Assembly: GCA_043228905.1 (NCBI GenBank)
Contig: JBHGNT010000003.1
Coordinates: 1,364,001-1,428,000 of the forward strand
Length of the DNA: 64,000 nucleotides
Source: Azolla caroliniana
Lineage: Eukaryota > Plantae > Polypodiophyta
Direction of reading: 5' to 3'
Shown piece by piece: positions 27,644 to 40,196 of this stretch (position 1 is the first letter of the stretch; each line of letters opens with the position of its first letter). The position numbers and the translations under genes were made by a program. The notes beneath the pieces were generated by a model. That model saw only the letters and a program-made list of their open reading frames with translations. It did not search any database and was not told the DNA's origin.

Positions 27644-28238
27644 AGACGCTCACACATGTATAGACAAAGAAGCGCACGGGGACGCGGCCAAACAACACAG
27701 GAGACACGAGTTGAGAACGCTAGCGTATGTATATAAATATGTGTATGTATTTGTATGTATGCTGACGACTCGAACGGTTACAGTCGATCAGGTCGGCGAG
27801 ATGGATGTCGGCGCCTGATCACCCATGCACACAGGAGAGCAAGATGGAGATTCTGCCGGAAGCACACGGGCGTTCCACGGAGCAGGATCAGCCTCCTGAG
27901 AACCTGCGCAAAAGGAAAGCTATGGAGAACGACAGAGAAGAAGAGCTCGGTCCCAGTCCGACAGCACTTCATCCCCTCTAGCGCGCCCCCGCTTCTTTCC
28001 CCCATCTCCCTCTCTTTTATAGCTCAAGGAGGGAGGCCGTTTCACCCATTTACATAACATTAATTCTCTGTCCTTTCGGACAGAGATACTCCTCGATTTC
28101 CCCTATAGAATATTGCTACCTAGGATTTGACCTTTGTGCCTACCTATCTACTATACAACAAGGGGCGTGCCCACGTGTAAGGGCCGGTTCACACACACTA
28201 TACACGATTCGCGCCTGGGGATGGTTTTCTTCACGACA
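27537..28238 (-). mobile_element. Solo gypsy LTR in gag of copia D
   Basis: TGTCG..CACGACA ends, perfect 4-bp TSD ACGG, shares the U5 motif with the C/F/G LTRs. Confidence 0.9.
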
Positions 28239-29182
28239 ACGGTTTCTATGTATTCCGCGTTCCGATTCGGTAAGGAGCGCTTTGGAGTCGGCGCTCGTAT
28301 CCTTATCTTTCCGACGCGCCTCCTCATCTAGCAAGATCGACTTCACTCTTGCTAGGGATAACCGTTTCCCTTCCGGCCCGGCGTTGCCTAAACTGACAAC
28401 CAACATCTCCCAGCTATCCGGGAGGGAACCGAGCAGGAGTAGCGCTAGTACCTCATCGGTGAGAGGTACTTCCAATGATGTTGCTTGGTGTATCAGCCCC
28501 TGGAAGGCATTCATGTACTCCGCCATGCTAGAGCAATCTTGGTATCGGAGTCTTACTAGCTTCCGGAATACCGAAACCTGGTTAATAGCATTTTTGTTTT
28601 GAAACATAATGCCGATCTTCTCCCAAAGCTCATGAGCCTTGCTCTCTTAATTGAAGTTGTTGTATAGGCTCATGTCGATGAAGCACCGTATGTAAGCCGT
28701 TGTCTTCATGTGCATCACCTCCCATATCATGGCGTCAATTTTGTCTGGTCTCTTGTCCCCAAACTGAACCGGCAACCAAAGATCTTTAACCACGAGCATG
28801 TCCCTCATCTTCGACTTCCACACCGAATAGTTGGAGTCGGTGAGCTTGAACATGCCTCCCAACGAATCGTCCATTTTCTGTGTCGTTTTGCTCTGATACC
28901 ACTTTGACAAGAACTACACGCTCCGATGAACAACGCTCGGCCACAACCGAGCTTAGAATCAAAACACAGAAAAATAGGGAATGAATGCACGACACAAAAG
29001 GAGAGAAGAGTACACAAGATGTTTAACGTGGAAAACCCTAAGAGGGAAAAACCACGGGAGTCCACAGACTCCAAACTATCACTATATCACAATGATTACA
29101 ACAGTGAGCTCACGGAGGCAATGACCTCGTGCTCACGATCTTCGCCACAGGCGACAGTTACAACAGAGGCAACGACCTCTTC

Positions 29183-29214
<32 letters not shown>

Positions 29215-30116
29215 ATGTACACTGTTACGCGCTCTCTAGTCTTGCACCAACAAGAATGACAACATATATAAAAGAGTTTTCCCTAAGTCATATTTATACT
29301 AATATGACTTTTGGCTATTTACAAATATAGCCCCGATGGACTCTCAGGAAACGTATTTATGAATATGTCCCTTCATCCGGTGAGCACTTCTCACCGGGCC
29401 TTCACCATCCGGCTCTTGCCGGGTACTCCTCATCCGGTTCTCACCGGGTCTTCCGTAGTTGGGTACTCTTCATCCGGTTCTCACCGGGTCTTCCGTAGCC
29501 GGGTACTCCTCATCCGGTTCTCACCGGGTCTTCCGTAGCCGGGTACTCTCCATCCGGTTTCAGCCTCGGCTAAGTTTCTCATCAACACTGTTCTTCTCAC
29601 TTCTCATCCAGAGGGACCTGTTTCCTAACATAAAAGGAGGTCAAGGAGGGCTCATTCGGGATGACGTTTTGGGAGGAGGAGACTATCGCCAATTTTCCTT
29701 CGGAGCTCTTCATCTTCTTATTCACCACTTCTCTTCATCTCATACCCCTTCATCCCCCCATCGCCACGTGCTCGTCTTCTTCGTGTTAGCACTCGAAGTG
29801 CTCATGAGCCCAAGCTTCGTTGGTTCGACGTTGCTCCGCCCCGTTCGTCGTTGCGAGCCCGTGTGCTCGCCGTTTGGGTGGTCGTGGTTCGTTGGGATTG
29901 GCATTTTGGTGGTGCTTGTGTGTTCATCGTCGCCATGTTCGGATTTGCTCTTGTCTCTGAGGGCATTTAGTATTTATGTTTTGATTGAGCTTGTGGTTAA
30001 CTATAAGTTGCCATTGTAATCTAACCCTATTTTATAAAGGGCCCTCTTGCGTTGGAATCGAACACGTTTTTATCTCTTTGGTCGATATCATTCGTGTTTC
30101 TTTCTCTCTGTCTTTT

Positions 30117-30830
30117 TGTGTTTGTGTCTTCCTTGTACGTTCGGCCGTCTTGTGACGAGGGACCGTTTCGGGCTTGCCCATGCACCTCTCCTCCTCATAA
30201 AGGCGTACGAGCATTTTGTGTGTGTGTTTGTGTCTTCCTTGTACGTTCGGTCGTCTTGTGACGAGGGACCGTTCGGGCTTGCCCATGCACCTCTCCTCCT
30301 CATAAAGTTGTACGAGCATTTGTATGTGTGTTTGTGTCTTCCTTGTACGTTCAGCCGTCTTGTGAAGAGGGAGCGTTTCGGGCGTGCCCATGCACCTCTC
30401 TTCCTCATAAAGACGTACGAGCATTTGTGTGTGTGTTTGTGTCTTCTGATGATGGACCGTTCGAGCGTGCCCATGCACCTCTCCTCCTCATAAAGGTGTA
30501 CAAGCATTTGTGTGTGTGTTTGTGTCTTCCTTGTACGTTCGGCCGTCTCGTGACGAGGGAGCGTTCGGGCTTGCCCATGCACCTCTCCTCCTCATAAAGG
30601 CGTACGAGCATTTTGTGTGTGTGTTTGTGTCTTCCTTGTACGTTCGTCCATCTTTTGACGAGGGAGTGTTTCGGGTGTGCCCATGCACCTCTTCTCCTCA
30701 TAAAGGCGTACGGGCATTTGTGCGTGTGTTTTGTGTCTTCCTCCTACGTTCGACGTCTTGTGACGAGGGAGCGTTGGAGCATGCCCATGTACCTCTCCTC
30801 CTCATAAAGACGTATGGGCATTCGTGTTTG
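30117..30830 (+). repeat. ~105-bp tandem array (~7 units, one shortened) in the 3' LTR of B
   Basis: Same unit as 14283-14909. Confidence 0.93.
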
Positions 30831-31108
30831 TGTTATCGTCCCCTTGTGCGTTCATCTTGCGTGCTCATCTTGCTTGTACCCGTTTGGTCACTTGGCTCGT
30901 GCGGTGATCTCGAAAGGTCAACGAGTCGTGATCAACGAGAGCCACCGGCCTCACAAAACAAAGGGCAACGAGACCTTGCTCAAGGAGGGGTCGGGAAGTA
31001 GTATTGTCATAAAGCAAACCTCGGGTCTTCTCTATCGCTTGAGTACTCCCTAGTCCAAGACCCCCGTGGTTCCGCCCAAGTAACACGCGCGCGCGAAACT
31101 TCGCGTCA

Positions 31109-33802
31109 CTAGTAGATGACAACACCATACTCGCGGAAGTGATGTGTGATAACCACAAGGTGTTCGTGGATTAAAAGAGAAAAAGAATGGAAGGGCAAGA
31201 TAGCCCATCAAAAAGACATGAAACAAGGAGCATGAAGAAGAAAGAAGATGTAGAAGCAACTCGAGCTTTACAAACAGAGGATGGAGACTCCACCCAGAAA
31301 GAAGAGTCAAGAAAATGAGTCGAAGAAATGGTTCAACCCGTGAAGGTTGGTGTTGAAGACCCCGCTTGGAAGACAAGAACTATGCCTACATATAAGCTAA
31401 GGTCGGACATAGAGCAGACGACAGACCTGAAGAAGATTCTCGAGGAACATGTTCTTGATAGCCATGTCACTTTATCCTTGAGGGAAGTACTCGGCATTAT
31501 GAAGAAGGAGTTCCATGACACGATCATGAACCTTGTAAAGAGAAAATGGCAACAATCGAATGAGGAAGAAGTGAAGCCACAAAAAGCAAAAACAAATTTC
31601 ATAACGATGGCAAGGGACGAAGTCGATGAACATATGGTGGACAACCACTATACTTGACCTCATTGGCCACGAGCGACAACAGAGACGCCAGTGAAGATCG
31701 GGGAGAAGAAAGAGACCATGGTAGCCTTGATCGACCATGGCTCCGAAATCAACCTTATGTCGACTGAAGTCTACAGGAAGGGAAGATGGCCCATAAATAC
31801 GAATCATGGGTGGAAGATCCGTACTGCTACGAAAGCTTCCAAAGACTTGTATGGGGCATGTCCTAACATCCCCATCACGATTGGCGATGTTGAGATAGAT
31901 CAACATTTCTTTGTTCAAGACTCGGCGTCCCATCCCATCAGTCTTGGGCAACTGTACATAACATCATCACGGATGGAAACCAAAGTGTTCGACAATGGTG
32001 CGGTATTTGCTCGAGTAAGGATTCTTGATGGGAAGAAGGCCGTACAATTCTTGATTGTACGTGCCAACCATCACAGGAATCGGGATTGTCTCGGAGAAGA
32101 TGCTTCGGAGTTTTAGAGCGGACTATTGAAGCATGGGGGAAGTTGAAGTCAACACAAAATATAAAACGGTGGATAAGAAGATCAAGCCAGTTGCGGTTCC
32201 GCTACCGGAAGATAGCTAGCAAAAGATGAAGGAAGTTGCTAATGATCCAAGCTTAAGGGATCCGAAGGCAATAGGTCATGTCTTCACCGAAGAGACGAAG
32301 GGAAAGCTACGAGTTGGAAGGGAGGATTTCCTCCTCCCTGAAGAAGAGAGAATATTTCACGACATGCTTGAGAGACATGGGAAGGCTTTCACATTTTTCC
32401 CACAAGAAATCGGATGTGTTGATCCAAGGACGATAGAGTCGATGGTAATCTTCACAGTGCCGCATGTGCCTTGGAATTTGAAACCGATACCAGTTCCGAG
32501 AGCACATCTACTGAAGCTGATCGAGCTCTTAAAGGAGAAGGTGGATATGGGAATTTTGGAACCATCAAATGCTCCTTACTCTAATAGGTGGTTCACAGTG
32601 CCGAAGAAGAATGGATCATTGCGATTCATCCAAGATCTTCAACCCGTCAACAAGGTGACAATTCGAGGCATTTGCGGGCCAGTCCATCTACTCCATTGGC
32701 GATCTCTACTCCGGATATGACCAATTCCAGTTGGCAATCGACAGTCGTGACATTACGACCATTGCGGATGTGTACCTTACCTCAAGGTGCAACGAACTTG
32801 GTGACTCATATGGTGAATGCCATGAACAAGGTCTTGAAGGATTGCATCCCGGACATCACGATAACATTCTTGGATGATATTCCGATAAAAGGATGTTCGG
32901 ATGAGAAGAAAGATGAATCGAAAGATAAGGAAGGGTGTAGAAAGTTCGTCATGGATCATATAAAAGATTGTGAGAAGGTGCTCCAAAGGCTCGAAGATGC
33001 AAATTTGACATTTTCGGGAGAAAAATCCGCATTCGGGCAACCAGAGATCTTGGTGGTAGGTCACTTGTGCGGAGCATACAGCCGGAAGCCTTTGCCATCC
33101 AAGGTGAACACAATCCAGGATATGAAAGAAGAATGCGTAAACCAAACGGAGGTTCGAAGGTTCCTTGGAGCATGCGCATTTTATCATATCTGGAATCCAC
33201 ACTACGCCCATGTCGTCGAGCCTTTATATGGATTGCTAAAGAAAGGAATGAAGTTCAAATGGTGAGACAAGCACACAAATGCAATGCGAAGATTGAAGAA
33301 ACTACTTCTTGAAGCTCCAGCACTAAGAAAGGCCGACTATACCGAAGGGAAGCCGATTTATGTGACTTTTGATACGAGCCCAACCGGAATCGGGTGGGTC
33401 ATCAACCAAGAAGGAGAAGATCATGCGCAATATGTCATCCGGTTCGGAGCAAAGGTTCTCAGTGAACGACAACAAAGATACACCCAAGTCAAGCGAGAAC
33501 TTTGGGGTATTGTGTCGGCAGTGAAGACGGACAAAGACTACATGATCGGGTCAGAAGTAATAATTGAGACAAACTGTCTCCCAATCCTTGGGATGATCTC
33601 AGGATGTGCGACACCAAATCTAGCTATGCTAAGGTGGATCGCCTATATCAAGTCTTTAAACCCAGAGATCTGCCATATTGCAAGGAAGAAGAACCCATGG
33701 CTGACATGCTGTCGAGAGCATGATTTGAGAATGAAAGTGACATGGTTTCGGAAGATGAAGACGTCACCCTCGACTTCTTCAAGATGGCTCGACTATCGGC
33801 GG
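31109..33802 (+). pseudogene. pol: gag C-terminus, protease and RT/RNaseH of element A
   Basis: LIDHGSEINLMS, LPQG and FLDD motifs; many stops and deletions. Confidence 0.88.
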
Positions 33803-34500
33803 TGTCGTGAAGAAAACCGTCCCGTAGCGCAATCGGTGCATAGTGCGCGTGAACCGGCTCTTCACGTGTGCGCGCCCTTTAATGTATATAATAGAGAATT
33901 AGGTACAAAGGTATATCCTAGGTAGTTAGATTCGATAGGTAGGAAGTTAATGAGGGAAACAGCTCCCTTCCTGAAGCTATAAAAGAGAGGGAGACACGAC
34001 GTGAAGGGGGCTTTTTTTTTTTGGAGGAGGACGAAGTCTTGTCGGACCATAACCGAACGCTTCTCCTCTGTTCGTTCTCCATCGCTCTTCTCTGCAGGTT
34101 TCGGGAGGCTCGCGCTGCTTCGAGGAACGCCCGTGTGCTTCCGGCAGCACCTCCATCCTATCCCCTTTCGTGCGCAGACAAGCAGGCATCGGCATCTGTT
34201 CGCCAGCCTGTTCGGTTGTAACCGCTCGCGTGCTCTGTTGTTTATTTGTCATTCATTAATTTACAAACATTTGTGTCCCTCTGTCTCTGTGTCCATTCGT
34301 GTCTTCTGCGTTGACAGGGCCGTGTCCCTGTGTTTCTTTGCTCATACGTAACCGAGCGTCTCTCTCTTTCTCTTTCCCCTTCTATCACCTGCTCTTTAGT
34401 TAAAGACCCCGTTGGTCCCGCCTCGTTTCTCCACGCACGCGCGTAGTAACGCGACATCTTTGGTGAACCCGACGTGAACAAGGCGGCAGAGGAGCAGAAG

Positions 34501-36618
34501 ATGAGGGGGTCGGATCTTGTAGAGGCCATGGCTTCGGCCGTGGACCGGATAGTGAGCGCGCGTGAGGGCACCGGCGCCCTTGACAGGGCTATTGAGGCGA
34601 TCGTCAGTACGATCGGCTGGTTCAGTGGAATGGATGCCACGAGTTATTTGGCATCCTACCGGGCGGAGATGTTGATGAGGGATATTCCGGAAGAGAGGGG
34701 TCTTGCCGGATTCCCTCGAGTGGCGATGCCGGGCATCCATGCGGAGGTGCTCGAGGTCCGGGCGGAGAGCCGGACCTGGGAGGAGTTCGAAGTACGGCTC
34801 CTGGAGAAATACGGGTTGGATGACGCGCTTCGGCTTTCGAAGCGGAGCTTCATGGAGTGGGTGGAATCCCCCAACAAAGGAAGAAATGCGTCGGTACTCC
34901 TCCGGGAGTTTGAGGAACGCTTTGCGCGCCTTTCGGCGCTCGATCGGACCGTTCTGGACACAAGTCGTGTCCTACTGTTTGTCAAATCGGTTGACGCACG
35001 GGATCAGGAGCAAGTGGGCTCCTTACTGGAAACCGAAGACAGGCTGACGGCCGACTGGGCCGCGGTAAAAAGAGTCTGTGGCCGTTTTGACAAACGGTGG
35101 GAGTGGGCTGATACAAGGGCGAGTCCTATCGCAGCAAGGAAGCTTGAACCAATACCACAGGCGCGAAGGGAAGAGACCCGGGAGTGGCTCGAAACCGGTT
35201 CGGCTTCGACCGGCGTGGTCAGAGGCTCGTCCGGGGGAACAACTTTGGAGGAGTTGACACGGGCGGTAAAGGATCTCCAGATCGCCCAGGCTCAGAGGGA
35301 AGGTGGCGAACAGGCTCGTGACCGACGGCCTCCGGTAGGAAATAGGTGCATGTGGTGCGACGAGGTCGGCCACATCCGGAAAGACTGCGGGGACTTTGCG
35401 GAGGCTTTGAGAAGCTGGGTAGTGTACCTGTGGGAAGGTCGGGTGCACGCCAGCGATACCCGGAGGGCCCTGAACCGAAACGACGGGCGAGGAGGAATGA
35501 AAAGGCTAATGGAAGAGGCGGCGGCCCGGCACGCGGAGACCGTCCACTGCTCGGCGTCAGCCGGTATTCGGGTCGGAGGCAGCGAGGCCTGGAAGGAGAG
35601 CAAAGCCAGGTTCTCGGCGACGATGCTGGAAGGCCTCGCCGGTGCCCGACTAAGGAAACACGAGCCGGACCGCACGGAGAAGCGGGTCCATGAGGTAACC
35701 GGGTGGAGTGACTCGGTCGAAGAAAAGACGGGTTTCGTCAAAGCAGCTTGCCAGAACTACGAGGCTCTGGTTGAAGAGATATGGGTAGGTAAAACCGGAG
35801 GGGCCGGACCCTCACAGAGATACGAAACCCGATTCGGGCCGAAACGGAACGAGGCCGATGAGACCAGTGCCCGGGATAACCACAAGAAGGGCGGATACCG
35901 GTTGGGCACGGAGATCGAAAGGACCATGGACCTACGAAAGGTCCTGGAAGAACGAATCCTCGACAGCAAGGTGGAACTGTCGTTGCGGGAGGTGCTCGGA
36001 ATCGCCAAGAAGGAGTTCCACGACTCCATCGTAGACTTGGTGAAGAGGAAGAGGCTGTCGACAGAGACAGAACCGGAAAGGCCGGTGGAGGTGCGGACGA
36101 CGCACATAGAGGACATGGCGCTGGAAGACGAGTGGGCGAAGAGCCACTATTCGAGGCCACACTAGGCCTGAGCGACCACGGAAACCCCAGTGAAGATCAG
36201 AGATGTTCAGGAACCGGTGGTGGCGCTGGTGGACCACGGTTCGGAAATAAACCTAATGTCCATGGACTTCTACAAGAAGGGGAAATGGCCGGTCAACACC
36301 AAGCACGGGTGGAAAATACGGGCGGCGACACACGCCACCGAGGAACTACATGGGGCCTGCCCAAACGTGCGAGTCAAGATCGGCGACGTCGAGATAGACC
36401 AGCACTTCTTTGTGCAGGAGACATCCTCGCACCCGGTCATACTGGGAGAACCGTACATTACGGCAGCACGGATGGAGACCAAGGTGCTGGACAACGGGTC
36501 GGCTTACGCGAGGGTCAAGAGTCAGGACGGGCGCCATTCGGTCCAGTTCCTGACGGTGCGACCGAACCACGAGCGAAACCGTGAGTCCCTCGGTGGCGAG
36601 AACCGAGAGGATTTTTAG
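34501..36618 (+). pseudogene. gag: gag-protease ORF of G (one premature stop at 36163)
   Basis: ORFs 34474-36165 and 36190-36618 are in the same frame; CMWCDEVGHIRKDC knuckle; LVDHGSEIN protease. Confidence 0.9.
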
Positions 36619-39600
36619 AGATGGCTATCAAGGCGTGGGGCCGCGATAGTCCGGACACTCCAGGAAAACCCCACAAATGTACGATAGAGGCGAAACCGAA
36701 GAAACCTTGTACCATAAGTAGGAAGTTTTGTTTCTCCGACAACGGAGGGTGTACGATAGTTGGCGTCGTTGGCGGAGAAAAGACAAGGGCGGAAGAGCGA
36801 CTTCAGGCGTGCGGAGTTCTCGGGCCCAGTGAGGAGATCAACGGAGCCGTGGAGGCGGTCTCCTTCGACGATACCTTGGGAATACTGCGAGAGGTGGTCA
36901 GAGAGGGCCTTAAAGAGGACCGGACGATACCGGTTTGTTCAGAAGAGATGTACGAAGTCATCACGGACTTCAGTCGAGGGCTCGAGTCGGATCGGACGGC
37001 CCGGGTTAACACGAAGTACAAGACTGTGAACCGGAAGGTAAGGCCAGTCGCGGCACCCTTACCGGAGGGCAGCGAGTTGCGAATCGAGGGGGTCGCGTCG
37101 GACCCCAGTTTACGAGATCCGGCCTGCATAGGACACACCTTCACCGACAGAACGCTACGGGAGCTCAAAATCGGTGGGGGCGGGTTCCTACTGACTGCGG
37201 AAGAAGACCGGTTTCGGAGAATGCTCGGAAGGCACGGGAAAGCCTTCGCATTCTCACCGGAAGAGATCGGGTGCGTTGACCCTACAGTCGTGAAGCCGAT
37301 GGTGATATTCACGGTACCGCATGTGCCGTGGAATCTCAAACCAATTCCGGTACCAAGAGCTCACATCCCGGAGCTGATGGAGCTGTTGAGGCAGAAAGTC
37401 GATATGGGCATCCTCGAACCGTCGAGTGCCCCGTACTCGAACCGGTGGTTTACCGTACCGAAGAAGAACGGGACGTTGTGCTTCATTCAAGACCTGCAAC
37501 CGGTCAACAGAGTGAACATTCGAAACGCAGGAATCGGACCAACGATAGACGAGTTCGCGGAGGCCTTCGCCGGAAGGTCGATCTACTCGGTTGGTGATCT
37601 GTACTCGGGGTACGATCAGTTCCAACTAGCCGTGGAGAGCAGAGACATTACGACGATGCGGACTCCTCTCGGCCTAGTGCGGATGTGTACCCTGCCACAA
37701 GGAGGGACGAACTCGGTGGTCCACATGGTGAATGCGATGAACAAGGTGCTGAGGGATTGTATCCCAGACATCACCATGCCATTCTTGGACGACATCCCGA
37801 TCAAGGGATGTCCGGTGGAGGAAAAGGACGAAACGATCGAACCGGACGGATGCCGGAAATTCGTGGCGACACACATTCACGACTGCGAGAGGGTGATGCA
37901 GAGGCTACAGGACGCGAGGCTCACCTTCTCCGGGGAGAAATCGGCCTTCGGGCAATCAGAGATCATGGTCGTCGGACATCTATGCGGACCGTATGGCCGG
38001 AAACCGTCTCCGGCTAAGGTGGAAGCCATCTCCGCAATGAAGCCCGACTGTAACTCGGTCACGGAGGTACGGAGGTTCTTGGGAGCATGCGCGTTCTACC
38101 ACATATGGATCCCGCATTACGCCCACGTTGCCGAGCCGCTGTACGGGTTGCTGAAAAAGGGGCGAAGATTCGAGTGGCGAGACGAGCATACGAAGTCGGT
38201 CCAAAAGATGAAGGAGGCTCTTGTTGCAGCTCCGGCACTCCGGAAGGTTGTCTACGAGAAAGGCACCCCCATCTACATAACGGTAGATACAAGTCCGACC
38301 GGGATCGGATGGGTCGTCAACCAAGAAGATGAGGACGGCATTCGGTTCCCAATCCGGTTCGGCGCGAAGGTCCTCAGCGAGCGACAGTGAGGATACGCCG
38401 AGGTTAAACGCGAACTCTGGGGTATCGTTTCGGCGGTGAAGGCCGATAAAGACTATCTGATCGGGACAGAGGTGATTATCGAGACGAACTGCCTGCCGAT
38501 TCTCGGCATGGTTTCCGGATGCGCAACCCCGGACCTGGCAATGCTCAGGTGGATAGCGTACATCAAGTCCCTGGATCCGGAAATACGACACATTTCCGGG
38601 AAAGACAATGCCATGGCCGACATGCTTTCAAGGGCGCGATTCGACGACGAGGGTGGCATGGTTTCGGAGGACGAAGAAGTCGGCGTGGACTTCTTCGAGG
38701 CGGCTTACGTGACAACCGAGGGGGGGAGCACTCCGGCGCTTAACAATTTCAACGAGAGCAAGTACGACGGGGAGTAGCTGCAGATTGGGGGATTCTTGAG
38801 GACGATGACGCCGGACGCGTCATGGACAAAGAACAAGGCCAACCGGATCCGGAAGAAAGCATACCGATTCTTTCTCTGGGACGAATACTTGTGGAAGCAC
38901 CCGAAGAAGAGAAACGGCATCCCGCTCCAAGTAGTGGCGATGGAGGAGGAACATGAGGAGTTGCTGAAGGCCTACCACGACAGCCCTTGGGCTGGACACC
39001 GTGGGACGTGGGCCACGTTCGAGAAACTAAAGGGGAAGTACTGGTGGCCGGGACTGTACCGGGACGTGCATCGGTTCGTGACAACTTGTGAGAGCTGTCA
39101 GATACACTCCATAGTCCGACATCGGGACGAGCTTCACCCTACATACCCTCCGGCCATCCACTTCAAATGGATGGTAGATTTGGTGACGATGCCGATGGGC
39201 GTAGGGCAGATGCGATATCTGGTGTTGGCCCGGGAGGACCTGACGAACCAGGTGGAAGGCCGAGCCCTGCAGAACAAAATGACCGCGGCCGTGTGTCGGT
39301 TCCTGATCGAGGACGTGATATGCCGGTACGGGTGCGTCGGGAAGATCGTGGCTGACCGAGGGGAGTTGGACGCCGAAGAGGCCGAGGAGCTGTTCGACCG
39401 GTTAGGGGTCAAGCTCTCGCTCACCACAGCGTACAATCCAGAGGCGAACAGGAAGGTAGAGCGCGGACACGGACCGATCGTCAAAGCGCTAGTCCGGGCG
39501 TGCGGAGGCCAGGTCGGGAACTGGCCACGACTGTTACCTTATGCCTTGTGGGCGGACCGGACAACACACAATTCGGTAACCGGGTTCATACCGTCAGAGC

Positions 39601-40196
39601 TCATGTTCGGACAGAAGCCGATCATGCCGATGGAACGGACGATCTCCTCTTGGGCGACAGTGGACTGGAGAGACGAGATGAGCCGGCAAGAACTGCTAGC
39701 GGCGCGTATACGGCAGCTCGAGCGGAGGCCAGAGGACGTGGAATGAGCGGCGGAGAGACTTCGGACGGCGAGGATGAGGAACAAAGCCTGTTTCGACCGG
39801 ACGCACCGGCTCAGACCAAAGAAAATCGAGGAAGGCGACTGGGTGCTAGTCTATGACAGCAGCCTCGACAACCAGCACCGGGCAACACGGAAGTTTGCAA
39901 AGCGGTGGTTCGGGCCTTACGTGGTAACGAGCGCCAATGACAACGGGACGTATCACCTGGCGGAACTCGACGGTACAAGGATGGCGATACCGGTAGCAGG
40001 GAAGCGGATCAAAGCGTTCAAGAAGCGCCACGACGGCGAACCGGATCTAAGAGGCCTGGACAGCGACGACGAACAATCCGAAACAGAGGACGAACCGATG
40101 GACGAGGAACCGGAACCCAGACCGGTTTTCTCCAACCAGAACCAAATTTTGGCGCATACCGATGGATGCGCGGTTAGGTGGGGGCAGATGTCGTGA
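36609..40196 (+). pseudogene. pol: pol of G in the -1 frame (RT-RNaseH-IN, no chromodomain seen)
   Basis: ORFs 36621, 38436, 38796 and 39774 share one frame, separated by single stops. Acidic tail after GPY. Confidence 0.9.

Larger units (their letters stand above)
24040..29630 (-). mobile_element. Ty1/copia (Tnt1-like) element D, RT-deleted
   Basis: TSD TAAAA. 5' LTR 28905-29630; PBS TGGTATCAGAGC 28890-28901; gag, knuckle, protease WVVNSGAS, integrase and RT start; partial 3' LTR 24040-~24765. Confidence 0.92.
3824..31108 (+). mobile_element. Ty3/gypsy element B nested in gag of A
   Basis: Near-identical LTR starts TGTCGTGATGTGG at 3824 and 23647. 3' LTR ends GCGTCA at 31108. TSD CCGG / CTAG (read as a deaminated copy). 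Internal pro-pol at 19496-23493. Confidence 0.85.
23647..31108 (+). repeat. 3' LTR of B (23647-24039 and 29631-31108), split by copia D
   Basis: Matches 3824-4648 and 14230-14913; preceded by PPT GGTGGGGGTGGA. Confidence 0.9.
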
